DNA from: Azolla caroliniana
Taxonomy: Eukaryota; Plantae; Polypodiophyta
Length of the DNA stretch: 64,000 nt
Assembly: GCA_043228905.1 (NCBI GenBank)
Contig: JBHGNT010000013.1
Span: forward strand, 11,656,001-11,720,000
Reading direction: 5' to 3'
Under the pieces are notes generated by a model, which had not been told where the DNA came from, did no database searches, and saw only the letters and a program-made list of their open reading frames with translations. A program made the translations under genes and the position numbers. Positions 53,993-64,000 of the stretch are shown one piece after another. Each line of letters opens with the position of its first letter. Positions within the stretch are counted from its first letter, which is position 1.

Positions 53993-54350
53993 AACACGTT
54001 CGCGTTCACAAGTGGAAGGATCGCGCATAAATGGAAGGATAAGGGAAATTTTAGGGGTTTTTCAATGATTTTACAAAACACATTGATACCAGTATCATAC
54101 AAGTTCAAACATACTATGAAAAAGGTTAAAAATCCACTATTTTCGTGATTTAGAAGTAACTAAAAAAAGACGAATTTCAAAAACATACATTCTCAATTTA
54201 TATCACAAACTTTACAACCAATGTTATTTTATAAGAAACGATTTTTGGGAAATCATAAGAATTCAAAACACATGATTTTATATTACTCGATTTGTTACAA
54301 GCGGAATGTAGTTACACTTAATAGCCAAATATACATTCATGATCACTCCT

Positions 54351-57131
54351 TTACGGAGAATCACTACTATAACTAATATACAATGACGATTCCTCCTCAT
54401 CATCCTCGGATGTACCAATCAGTGCATTATCTTCGTCATAAACCAAATGGTTTGACTCTAGATTATATGTAGCAGATCTCGTTTGCCTTTGACTCGAGCC
54501 ACCTTGTAGACCTGGTAATTTTTCTTTTATTATATCTATTGTTGACTTCCTTAATCGTCCGGCTTTTGTAAGTGTGAAGTCGTACACGATGATATCCACA
54601 TCAGAGATATCAAGGGTCGAGGTGTTACGAATGTTTCGCTTCCTCTTCCTACCTCCCCTTCTTGTTTGGCATTCAATCATCTCCAATGTATACTTACCTG
54701 TAAAAGCATTTGCACTTCTAGTGTTGTACCAATGAACATTTATAGACTTGATCGTGTTATCTATTTCATGCATTAGCACTTCTAGAATTTTACCAACCCA
54801 AAATTGGTGGCCATGTGAGTTCTCATCAGCCGGCGTTGCAATCAACATCCCCGCGGTGAGCTCTTGCAAATTTCCTTGCCATCTAGCTTCGGCTGCTTTG
54901 GTCATCCTTGGTCCCACATAAATGTCTCTTTGTTGTGGATGGACCAAGCTGTCATTAATCGCATTTACTAGTCGCTCCGGACTTCTATTTACGCGATCAT
55001 GTTGCAGCGACCATGTGAATGGCGTTTCCAAATTCCAATTATCAACAGATACACAATTGTCTATAATTTCTTTCTGATCACTATAAAATACATCCCACCA
55101 TGACGTGTCTTGTTGTGCGGCATATTTCTTGGCGGCCTCAATATGTTTTCTTTTTTCTTCTAAGGCTTGGAGCCATGACCGTTTTTGTTCTAATACTAAG
55201 TCGCTCTGCAACTGTCCTTTCTTCTCAATTGGCATTTGCTTAGCTCCATGGACAATTGTACTCGGCATACAAAGTAATAACTGGCAACCACCTTCAGGTT
55301 CCCATGTTGTAGAAGATGAATATTGTTTAGCATACAAAAGTGTAGAACCACTTATTCCATTTTTCTTTATCAAAAAAATGTGATTGAAACTTATATTGTT
55401 TAACTGAGCAAGCACTTTAACATTCCCACCACCTCCATCTAATATATATCTCTTAAAGTCATATACCTCCTTCAAGTGTAACACTTTTGGGCGTGGTGTA
55501 TATGCATCACAAATGACATCAAATAGTTTAGGTAAAGTGAAAGCATCATGCCGAGACAACTGTCTGGAGAATGTGCTAAACATCTGATCTATATGGTCAT
55601 GTGTGTGGCCAACCAAAAGGAAATTGACTTTCACTTTCCTAAACAATTCTAGGTTGACCAACATACTTAGATAGCCAAATACAGTTGAATTTTTGTTCTC
55701 TCTAGCAGTATTATCCAATTGAATGTATAGAACAGGGGGGAAAGGTTGTCCCCAAGACATCAAAACTCGGTGAATCACTGTAACTGTTAGGTTAGGGTCA
55801 TTGTGAACATTGGGGTAAGTAATGAAGACGTGAGGTCGAACAGACCTATTATAAGCCAAGCATCCCACCAAGTGCATTTGAACAAGGCACTCATCATTGA
55901 CATCTTTGGGGAGCCTCCGCATATGCGGCAAGCATGTCTTCTTCTGGTCCATGCCATCTATCATTAAGCACATGTATTGTTCAGGCCTCTTCAAACACTT
56001 CTCTCTATGATGCATCGCCTTCCTTCGTTCTAAGGATTGTGCCTCGCGATGCTCTTGTAGTAACTTCTTACTCGTATCCTTTTCCATTGATGTCTTTGCA
56101 CCTTTAGCCAAACTTTTAAGATTTGCACAAATGGAGCAATAACCCATACGTACTTTACGAGGAATAATAACATTTGAAAACCGAGCTCTCCATAATCTTG
56201 TGAATTGGCTATAGGTGATAGACTTATTACGTGAGCCCAGCATTTCAGATCGATAGACATCATAAACTTCCCGACGGGTATAATTATCAGAAAGATGCAT
56301 CCTACCTGTAGTGGGCATTACTTCACAATTTAACTGAAAGTAAGTTTTCATCCAGCCAATAGCTAGTCTTCCAATTGCACCTTTCATACTTGGAACCTCT
56401 TTACAATTGAGCATCTGATCCCCGCTAAGTAGACGTTGTTGTACTCTATGTAGCCGCATGTTACTAACACATAACACAATTTTGAATGCAACTCTACATA
56501 TCTGTTGCGCATGGAAGATATAATACTCGAATGATACTTTGATCCCCGTACATTTGTCAGATACTAGTTGCATATGTGATCCGAGGTAAGTGTCTTGCTC
56601 ATCACCGGTCATCGAAAAATAGTATCGCCTTAATTCTCGCAACTTTGATTTTCCAATCATAGACATACAACCACGGGCACAACATATTTTGTTGACATCA
56701 AATCCAATCTGTTTATCTGATGTCACCAAGCTAAATCTAGCCAGACGAATTCTTCGTGGGATTCTTCTAATATGCATAGGGCTCCCAGATTTCTCTTCCT
56801 GCATAGAGGTTGGTGTAACCTTGTTACAGTCTAATTCTCTGTTCTGACCATCGCCAATGTTATTCAATGTTTCCTGGGCACTTCCTTCATTCCCGGTATC
56901 TTTATTAATATCGTATTCTTCAATAGAGAACTCTTCACATGTGTCATTATTTGCATTCCCTGTAGATGAGCTCAGACAATATTCTTCGATAGAATATGGT
57001 GAGTCGGTCGAAAGACAATATTCTTCAATCGAATATGGTGACTCTGTTGATAAACAATACTCTTCAGTAGAAAACGATGTGTCTGATGACAAACAATATT
57101 CTTCAATCGAGAACGGTGAATCTTCACTCAT
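54351..57131 (-). CDS. Putative DDD transposase (Sola1-like), 926 aa
   Basis: Intact ORF inside the TIRs. Acidic triad-like motifs CLMIDGMD, LYIQLDNTARENKN and FLLVGHTHDHID, with upstream Cys/His clusters (CCARGC, CSIC..H). Confidence 0.75.
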   Translation of the reverse strand: MSEDSPFSIEEYCLSSDTSFSTEEYCLSTESPYSIEEYCLSTDSPYSIEEYCLSSSTGNANNDTCEEFSIEEYDINKDTGNEGSAQETLNNIGDGQNRELDCNKVTPTSMQEEKSGSPMHIRRIPRRIRLARFSLVTSDKQIGFDVNKICCARGCMSMIGKSKLRELRRYYFSMTGDEQDTYLGSHMQLVSDKCTGIKVSFEYYIFHAQQICRVAFKIVLCVSNMRLHRVQQRLLSGDQMLNCKEVPSMKGAIGRLAIGWMKTYFQLNCEVMPTTGRMHLSDNYTRREVYDVYRSEMLGSRNKSITYSQFTRLWRARFSNVIIPRKVRMGYCSICANLKSLAKGAKTSMEKDTSKKLLQEHREAQSLERRKAMHHREKCLKRPEQYMCLMIDGMDQKKTCLPHMRRLPKDVNDECLVQMHLVGCLAYNRSVRPHVFITYPNVHNDPNLTVTVIHRVLMSWGQPFPPVLYIQLDNTARENKNSTVFGYLSMLVNLELFRKVKVNFLLVGHTHDHIDQMFSTFSRQLSRHDAFTLPKLFDVICDAYTPRPKVLHLKEVYDFKRYILDGGGGNVKVLAQLNNISFNHIFLIKKNGISGSTLLYAKQYSSSTTWEPEGGCQLLLCMPSTIVHGAKQMPIEKKGQLQSDLVLEQKRSWLQALEEKRKHIEAAKKYAAQQDTSWWDVFYSDQKEIIDNCVSVDNWNLETPFTWSLQHDRVNRSPERLVNAINDSLVHPQQRDIYVGPRMTKAAEARWQGNLQELTAGMLIATPADENSHGHQFWVGKILEVLMHEIDNTIKSINVHWYNTRSANAFTGKYTLEMIECQTRRGGRKRKRNIRNTSTLDISDVDIIVYDFTLTKAGRLRKSTIDIIKEKLPGLQGGSSQRQTRSATYNLESNHLVYDEDNALIGTSEDDEEESSLYISYSSDSP

Positions 57132-57767
57132 GGCTTAAGGTCTAGATAGGGCTCTCTAAGTTATACTCCTCTCTAACCATATACTCCTCCCTAAACATAA
57201 ACTTCTCTCTAAACAAAAGCCAAATCAATAGAATGTCTATATTATGTAATATTCTATTAAAATACAATACATCTAAAAATTATTTTTAATAAAGTAATTT
57301 AACTTAAATTATCAATCATTATATAAACGAGATCTAAATGATGTTAAATCAAGTAAAATATAAAACTAATCATTAACAAGCCTTGAATATGTTGGATTAA
57401 TGTTAAAATCATTGGCTAATTAATGACACCCATTTTGATATAGAACGTCTCACTCATTGATTCTTTAAGGCTCACCATTTTAATTATTAGACTTATCAAT
57501 CATTGAGAGTCATAAAAGTTTTTGCTTTTAGTAATCAATCATTGGTACATTCATGAACCTCTATCATTGTCTCCTTCATAACCTTTGAAGTGATTGTAGG
57601 TTGTTATGAGTATAAAAGATTGATCAATATATTAGTTTGACTTTGTAATCATTAATACAATCATAAGTTACTATAGTTAATGTGACTATGGTTACAAACT
57701 AACTATCCTCAAAGTTACCAACATTGGTTAAGATGACTATGGTTACTTTAACCATGGGTTCAATCCC

Positions 57768-57775
57768 TATAAATA
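57768..57775 (+). promoter_or_regulatory. TATA box of the methyltransferase gene
   Basis: CCCTATAAATAGG lies ~160 bp upstream of the ATG at 57927 and is followed by a 9-bp-repeat leader. Confidence 0.6.
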
Positions 57776-57801
57776 GGAAGACCTCATCATATTTCACTCA
57801 C

Positions 57802-57873
57802 CAGAGCGTACAGAGCGTACAGAGCACTCAGAGCACACAGAGCACACAGAGCACACAGAGCACACAGAGCACT
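57802..57873 (+). repeat. 8 x 9-bp tandem repeat (CAGAGCACA consensus) in the predicted 5' UTR
   Basis: Read directly from the sequence. Confidence 0.85.
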
Positions 57874-57926
57874 CAAGGCACAAAGCACGAAAGCGCGATC
57901 TCCGCCTCCACACAAAACGATCAACC

Positions 57927-60900
57927 ATGTCTTCCAAGAGAGTCGAGCGCGAGGAGTCCAGGTAGGCCTCTGACACTGTGGACATTTTTGTAAATATGTT
58001 TCGTTTCCCGAAAAACTCGATACGGCGTATCGAGTTCATGTATACAATACAAATATTTAAACACGAACTCGATACGGCGTATCGAGTTCGTGTGTAAATA
58101 ATTGTATTGTATACACGAACTCGATACGCCGTATCGAGTTCGTGTTTAAAGTATAGGTTTTAAACACGAACTCGATACGGCGTATCGAGTTCGTGTTTAA
58201 AACCTATAATTTAAACACGAACTCGATACGGCGTATCGAGTTCGTGTTTAAAACGTATACTTTAAACACGAACTCGATACGGCGTATCGAGTTCGTGGTT
58301 AAAACTTACCTTTTAAACACGAACTCGATACGGCGTATCGAGTTCGTGTTTAAAACTTACCTTTTAAACACGAACTCGATACGCCGTATCGAGTTCGTGT
58401 TTAAAGTATAGGTTTTAAACATGAACTCGATACGGCGTATCGAGTTCGTGTTTAAAAGGTTTAGTGTTAAACACGAACTCGATACGGCGTATCGAGTTCG
58501 TGTTTAAAACCTATACTTTAAACACGAACTCGATACGGCGTATCGAGTTCGTGTTTAAAGTATAGGTTTTAAACACGAACTCGATACGGCGTATCGAGTT
58601 CGTGTTTAAAGTGTAGCCTTTGAGAGAGAAAAATCGTTTAAGGGGTGGAAATGTTATCAAATTGTCTGTCAAAATCAGTCTTTTTATGTTGAGTTTACTT
58701 ACTTCTAAACAAATACAAGCTCTAATTATAGGTGATTTTTGACCTACTTTGGCTTAAAATAGTAGAAAATGATCTACAAATTGCATTCACTATGGCAAAT
58801 TCTCATCAATATAGGTTTAGAATCTATATAAGTCATATCTACTATTTAAAAGAATATATAACCCGTTTTACTTATTACGATATATATTTTCTAGGTTGAA
58901 TAGCCATGCCTACAATAGATTTTTGAATATGTTACTGCTCCTAGAAACTGTTCTTCATTATAATAACAACTTCAATCTACGTAACTGTCTAACTTATGTT
59001 TTTGCATATACTTTCTTAAATAGGTCGTTTGAGAATCTGTCAGACCGACCCGTGAAGAAAATTAAGCTTCGCATACAAGGTTCTCCAATCGAAGCCCAGA
59101 CCAAGGTAACTCCGGAGTCCATAAAGAGAGGAAAAAAGCTTCTATTTAACGAAGAGACAAAATCTCAGCCCCATAGTGATGTAAGCCAAAAGAAAATTGT
59201 CGCCGCTACTGGAGGCGAAGACCTTCCTGACCGAGATCTAACGGACAAGGAATGGTGTATGCAATATATCGACTCAAAGAAAAAAGTCGTATTGTATACA
59301 GCAAAGAAGAAGGGTGAGGGGCAGCTAGGAAAAGAAACTCCATTTATGTATGGCCGAATTCTACGATTTGACTACGAAGATGCAGATTCGGCCAACATAC
59401 TGGTAATGATAGAGTGCTCCAAGGGGGTACGCAAAGTGTTCCTTTCAGAAGACCTTTTAGTAAAGGAATCTTGTGGGCCTGAAGTGTTCAAAAAAGCACT
59501 TGATAACTCACAAAACCTGATTGTTACCTTGAGGCCTTATATACAAGGCCATGTAACTCTACGAGATGAAGAGCCCTCCCACTTGAAGGCCACTAAAAAG
59601 GTATCCAAAGTCCAGTCAAGACCAGCCAAGAAGAAGACAACGAAAATGTCGGATACGGATTCGACAAGTGACAATGAAGAAGAGGATAATAAGGGGACGC
59701 CAGGAGCCGAGCTGGCCTCGGGTGTTTTGTCATCCGAGCAGAATAAAATAAGAAGAGAGTTAATGCAACGGAAGCTGGTCAGGAAAGGCCAAGTATTTAA
59801 TTTGCCTATAACACACATCCATCGGCCCCCTATTGATGAAAAAACAGGTCGAAGACCACTTGAGATTAGAGAGCCTCATCGCATGCATGTTCAAAATCTC
59901 AAGAAAAAAATGAAAATTAATCCTCATGCCACAGTGGTGCCTTTTATTGTTATGGTGGATCCTGAAGAATGTGAAACCATTGAAGATTTTGATATCAGAA
60001 AGCATGATCAATATAATTATTTTGTCATTGGTGGATCGCATTCAGCAGAGGCACGTCGACAACTTGTCAGAGAACATCCAACCACTTTCTTCTTCAAGTA
60101 TGCCGAGTGCAAAATATATGTTGGGCTCACAACCGAAGAGGCTAAACTGTTGGCATGGGACCATAATAATGATAATGACTATAGGCAGAAAATGTCGTCT
60201 ATTGAGCGAATCCGGTTCTTCCACCACGAGTATTTAGATGTGAAACAAAAGTTTGGTGTGAAGTTACATCCAGGCCTTCGACGTCAATGTCTTCATGAAG
60301 TCGGCATTGTGGTAGATGATAATGTTAGGTCCGATGGTCTTCGAAAGTATGAATCTTGGTTTCAATTGGCGTTTAGAGATGGAGAAGTATGGGACCTCCA
60401 AGATCAAATCTTCTCAATGTGGGAGAATAAGGAGGTAAAGGGTCAACGACAAAAGAAATGTAGGGTTGACCCTCAACTAGAAATAAAGTCACAAGCCGCC
60501 AAGAGAATTGACTTGACAATTGAAGAAGCGGCAGACGACATGAAGCTGTCTCTATGGAGAGCGATGCAAGGTATTAAGGACGAGTACTCTGCGTTGATAC
60601 CACTGCCAAGGGTTGTGGCGAAAGATTTAAGCCTTGAAGAAATGGTCACCGAGTTCAATAAGTAAGTCTTTCAAATACTGAAATTGTAGTCTATCTGGTG
60701 TAATTCAAAGTTCTAATCTTGATTTCTAATTTTACAGTCATAAGGTGTACATGAAGATCCAAGAAGTAATGATGAAACAACTTGGATGTATAACTTGGGA
60801 ACAAGTGACCGAGGATTATCCTCTAACGTCTTCGTATAAGGCGTTATCAGAGTATTTTATTGCATTCAAGGATTGGGTTAGTATTGATATTTTTTCATTA

Positions 60901-62249
60901 CCCTTTCATCATATGTAGAGGTTGCGTAATAATACCTGATGTCCTATTGCTTCTATTAGAAACCGTGTCGAGGCAAGAAACAAGGAGAAGTTAAGGATAT
61001 ACACGATTTCCCTACATCCTTCCTTGCACATCTCGAGCGAGCTAGAAAAGAAAAGGATCGTCGCTTAGTCAAGGCGTACGAAATGGAGGAAGATGGCTCG
61101 TTTAAAAAATTTAGCCACAAGAAAGATATAACGAGAGATCTTTACTACAATGTGGTTTGCGGTGATGTCATCGACTTGATCCAGAAGGTGCCAAAGAAGG
61201 AATATACGCTAATGATTGAGGATATTCCTTACGGATTTCGAATGGCTGGGTCATCATACGACGATGAACCGTTTAGGTTTAAACAATTGGAGAAGATGGT
61301 CAAGGATTTCGCTGAGCTAACGACCGCATCCTTGTGGCGAATAGTTGTCTTTCATAGTATGGACCAAGGGTACTCGGTAGCTCAAGCTTTGAGATCTCGT
61401 TGCCATGGCATCGAGAACCTTGCATGGTAAGGATTATTTATAGGTGTCTTTCATTATATTGCAATTCTTAAGGTTGTTGAATCTATTTTTAACTCGATGA
61501 ATTATTTTTTATAGGATCAAGACCAATGTAAATAGAGGGCCAACTTTTCGGTTCGTTAATGCCATTGAATACATAACGGTTGGCTACTTCGATGAAATTA
61601 AAAAACAGAGAATCAAAGAGCATTCTAATGAAGTGGGAGGTTCAAATCTGTTGGTATATCCAGCAGTGACTCGGAAATTGCGACATGTCACCACGACAGA
61701 ACGGGGACTTGTCAACCCATACCAAAAACCTCAACGACTTATGATGCGCTTGATCGAGATGTTTTCTGTCGAAGGAGACTGGATATTAGATCTCTTTTCT
61801 GGCACAGGTATTCCTCGAACTAGGGTAACGATCTTGAGATAACCAATCCCTTTTTTTTCGTTTGACAACTAAATCTTCTTGTTACTTACATCACAGGAAC
61901 TACGTCAGCATGTGCATTGAAGCTGTTTAGGAATACAGTTGCATTGGAGAAGGACGAGGACCAAGTTATATTTATTAATATGCGGATTAAGGCTTTGTGG
62001 GAGTGCCCAGACCAGGATGAGGAGGTCGGTGCAAAGAACCTCGCCAATACAGAAAGGTTTCAACCCGCTTCGCGAGAGCCTATTCCTCCGTTAGCCGGCG
62101 AACCGGGAGAGCTAATAGAGCTTGATGATGAGCTTATAGAAGATATTTCGTTGGCCCGGCTAACAGGGGAAACCAATGCACGTATAGCCGAAGACAGTTC
62201 TACACAAGATGATGAAGAAAATGACGTAGATGAATTGATTGCTATGTAA
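57927..62249 (+). CDS. ParB-like domain plus beta-class N6-adenine/N4-cytosine DNA methyltransferase, 6 exons, 974 aa
   Basis: Exons 57927-57961, 59024-60661, 60738-60876, 60960-61426, 61515-61807, 61897-62249. All introns are GT-AG, phases are consistent, total 2925 nt with no internal stops. Motifs: CGD..LMIEDIPYG (IV), W.K..EYI, PYQKP..L..RLIEMFS.EGD.ILDLFSGTGTT..A (X/I). Confidence 0.85.
58014..58610. repeat. Array of 12 palindromes TTTAAACACGAACTCGATACG-[G/C]-CGTATCGAGTTCGTGTTTAAA, period 51-52 bp
   Basis: Centres at 58025, 58077, 58129, 58180, 58231, 58282, 58333, 58384, 58435, 58487, 58538 and 58589. Confidence 0.95.
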
Positions 62250-63553
62250 TAGACTCTATAAAGAATATGACACTGACGATTTGTTAAGATTTCACATTAT
62301 TAATACAAATTTTGGGTTTTACCTAGTGGATTCTATTCTTTATAATCATCTATATGTTTCAATTTTATTTTTATATACCTCATTAGTAGATTTATGATAT
62401 TGGTTTCACCGCGTGCATAGCTGACTACCAAACTTATGGAGAAACATGAACTAGCTTAAAAGGAGGCTGATTTTGGTCCAAGCTAACCTTAACAGAACAT
62501 GGCCCTATAATTATTGCCATGACTGTCCATGTTGTTATTATGGATCTTTGTCTTATATTGTTAAAACAGGTCTAGTTTCTATTCCATTGCTGCTTAGATT
62601 GTGTAGTGTCTTGATAATGGTTCCAGTTGCGTTATCGTTCGGAGTTTGATCTTGTGTGAATCACCTAAGCAATAGAGTAGATCAATTTTAAATATAGGTA
62701 TGAAAGCCTAATAGGTTTGTTATTTCCACGACATTATCCTAAAGTTCACTGCCTTACATTGTGCACAATTATATACACATATGGTTTGATCCCATATGAA
62801 CAAACTGAGGAATAGATTAGATCAACTTTTAATATAAGTATTGAATACTTTAATAAGTTAGTTATTCCAATCACTTATCCTAATGTGCACTATCCTACAT
62901 TTTCGACAATTACATACATGCACGTATGGGTCAAAGTATAAATTATATCTCATTTTATTAGTATGGATACAAGTACACCTCATAATTTTGTAAAACCTAC
63001 CTAATTAATATAAGTCTTTAAGTTAGTGTTTCCCTTGTCGCACAATAGTGCCATATTGAGCCATAGTTGAACTTTATTTAGATACATTAACTTATCAACA
63101 TGTCTAAACTTGCATGATTTCTAATGATCTCCACTCGTAGATCTATCATGTATTTTTATATTTGCAAATTCTTATCAAGTTGAGGAACATGTGATACTAG
63201 TGCATCCAATTATTGTAGAGAGGGTGTATTTGCTTCGTTTTAAGAAGATTCTACAAGTGGAATGCGCAATCCTTCCACTTGTGAACGCGAACGTGTTGGG
63301 AGATAAAAACCTTCTAAAAATAGCATGAACGTGGATAAGAAGAGGAAGGTTATAAAAGAAGAAGTGATATTAGTGAGGAGGGAGGCTAAGAGTGAAGGCC
63401 AAAGAGTGGATGAGGAGTGTTAGGAAGAAGTGTCTTTGTGGAAGAGGAAGTGTCTTAGAAGAGGAAGGTCTTTGGTTTTAGTTCAATGTGGAGTTTGTCT
63501 CCTTTGTATTCTCTTGATGTTGGAATATCAGAACATTCTTATTTCTTGCTCGC

Positions 63554-63686
63554 TGTCAGGAACTCTATTAAGGCAGAGAAGGAATTAGTACTAAAAGAAG
63601 GATTAGTACTATTGTTGGGGAATAGTACTAAGACAGAGAAGGATTAGTACTATGAGAGGTGTCGAACTTTGAGAGAAGGAATGAGT

Positions 63687-63744
<58 letters not shown>

Positions 63745-64000
63745 TGATGCGAAAGATATATGTATTATATGACGGAAGATATACAACAGTAGTTAGAAGG
63801 CTTAAGACTGGCGTTGAACCGATTTGGTTCGAACTAATGCCTTGCGCCTCCTTTTATAGTGTCTTCAGGAATACTCCTGAAGTTTCTAGAATGTTCCAGA
63901 GAAATCTGGAATATACATCAATTTCCTAATAAAACCTAAATGAAAATAATATCCTTCAAATTACAACTCATAACCTAATGGTAAAGTCTCGACCCGTGTA
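63554..64000 (-). mobile_element. Gypsy LTR related to 1247-1592, running off the window end
   Basis: TGTCAGG terminus and shared GAATTAGTACTAAA, (GA)n and GCTTAAGACTGGC.TTGAACCG blocks. Confidence 0.75.

Larger units (their letters stand above)
53993..63297. mobile_element. Intact 9305-bp TIR DNA transposon (Sola-like) carrying a ParB-like/DNA amino-methyltransferase cargo gene
   Basis: 36-bp TIRs at 53993-54028 and 63262-63297 (1 mismatch), 4-bp TSD GGGA (53989-53992, 63298-63301), two uninterrupted divergent genes. Confidence 0.9.

Noticed and set aside
57724-58411. ORFs 57724-57993, 57794-58039 and 58193-58411
   Set aside because: They are translations of the 9-bp repeat and the 51-bp palindrome array.
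58014-58610. CRISPR array
   Set aside because: Spacers are only ~8-10 bp, recur, and are reverse complements of each other. There are no cas genes and the context is a eukaryotic intron.
58896-59023. TTG start of the 589-aa ORF
   Set aside because: This is AT-rich intron-like sequence ending in an AG acceptor at 59023. An upstream ATG exon (57927-57961) splices in frame.
53993-63297. Bacterial or phage contamination explaining the ParB/MTase gene
   Set aside because: Five GT-AG introns, a TATA box, and TIR/TSD junctions within plant LTR-like sequence.

Overview
Eukaryotic, plant-type nuclear DNA, probably from a seed-free land plant (inferred from the TE families, not shown). Most of the window is nested, decayed transposons: Ty3/Gypsy chromoviruses, Ty1/Copia, a LINE fragment, two non-autonomous LTR elements and a complete hAT element. 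Host features are one intronless GIL1/IRKI-like gene (26335-27933, -) and a tRNA-Ser(CGA). The standout is an apparently intact 9.3-kb DNA transposon at 53993-63297, bounded by 36-bp TIRs and a 4-bp GGGA TSD. It carries two divergent genes: a 926-aa Sola-like DDD transposase, and a 6-exon, 974-aa gene (spliced by hand) fusing a ParB-like domain to a prokaryote-type beta-class N6A/N4C DNA methyltransferase. The first intron of that gene contains 12 near-perfect ~43-bp palindromes at 51-52 bp spacing, with spacers in both orientations. All family assignments come from motif recognition by eye; no searches were run.
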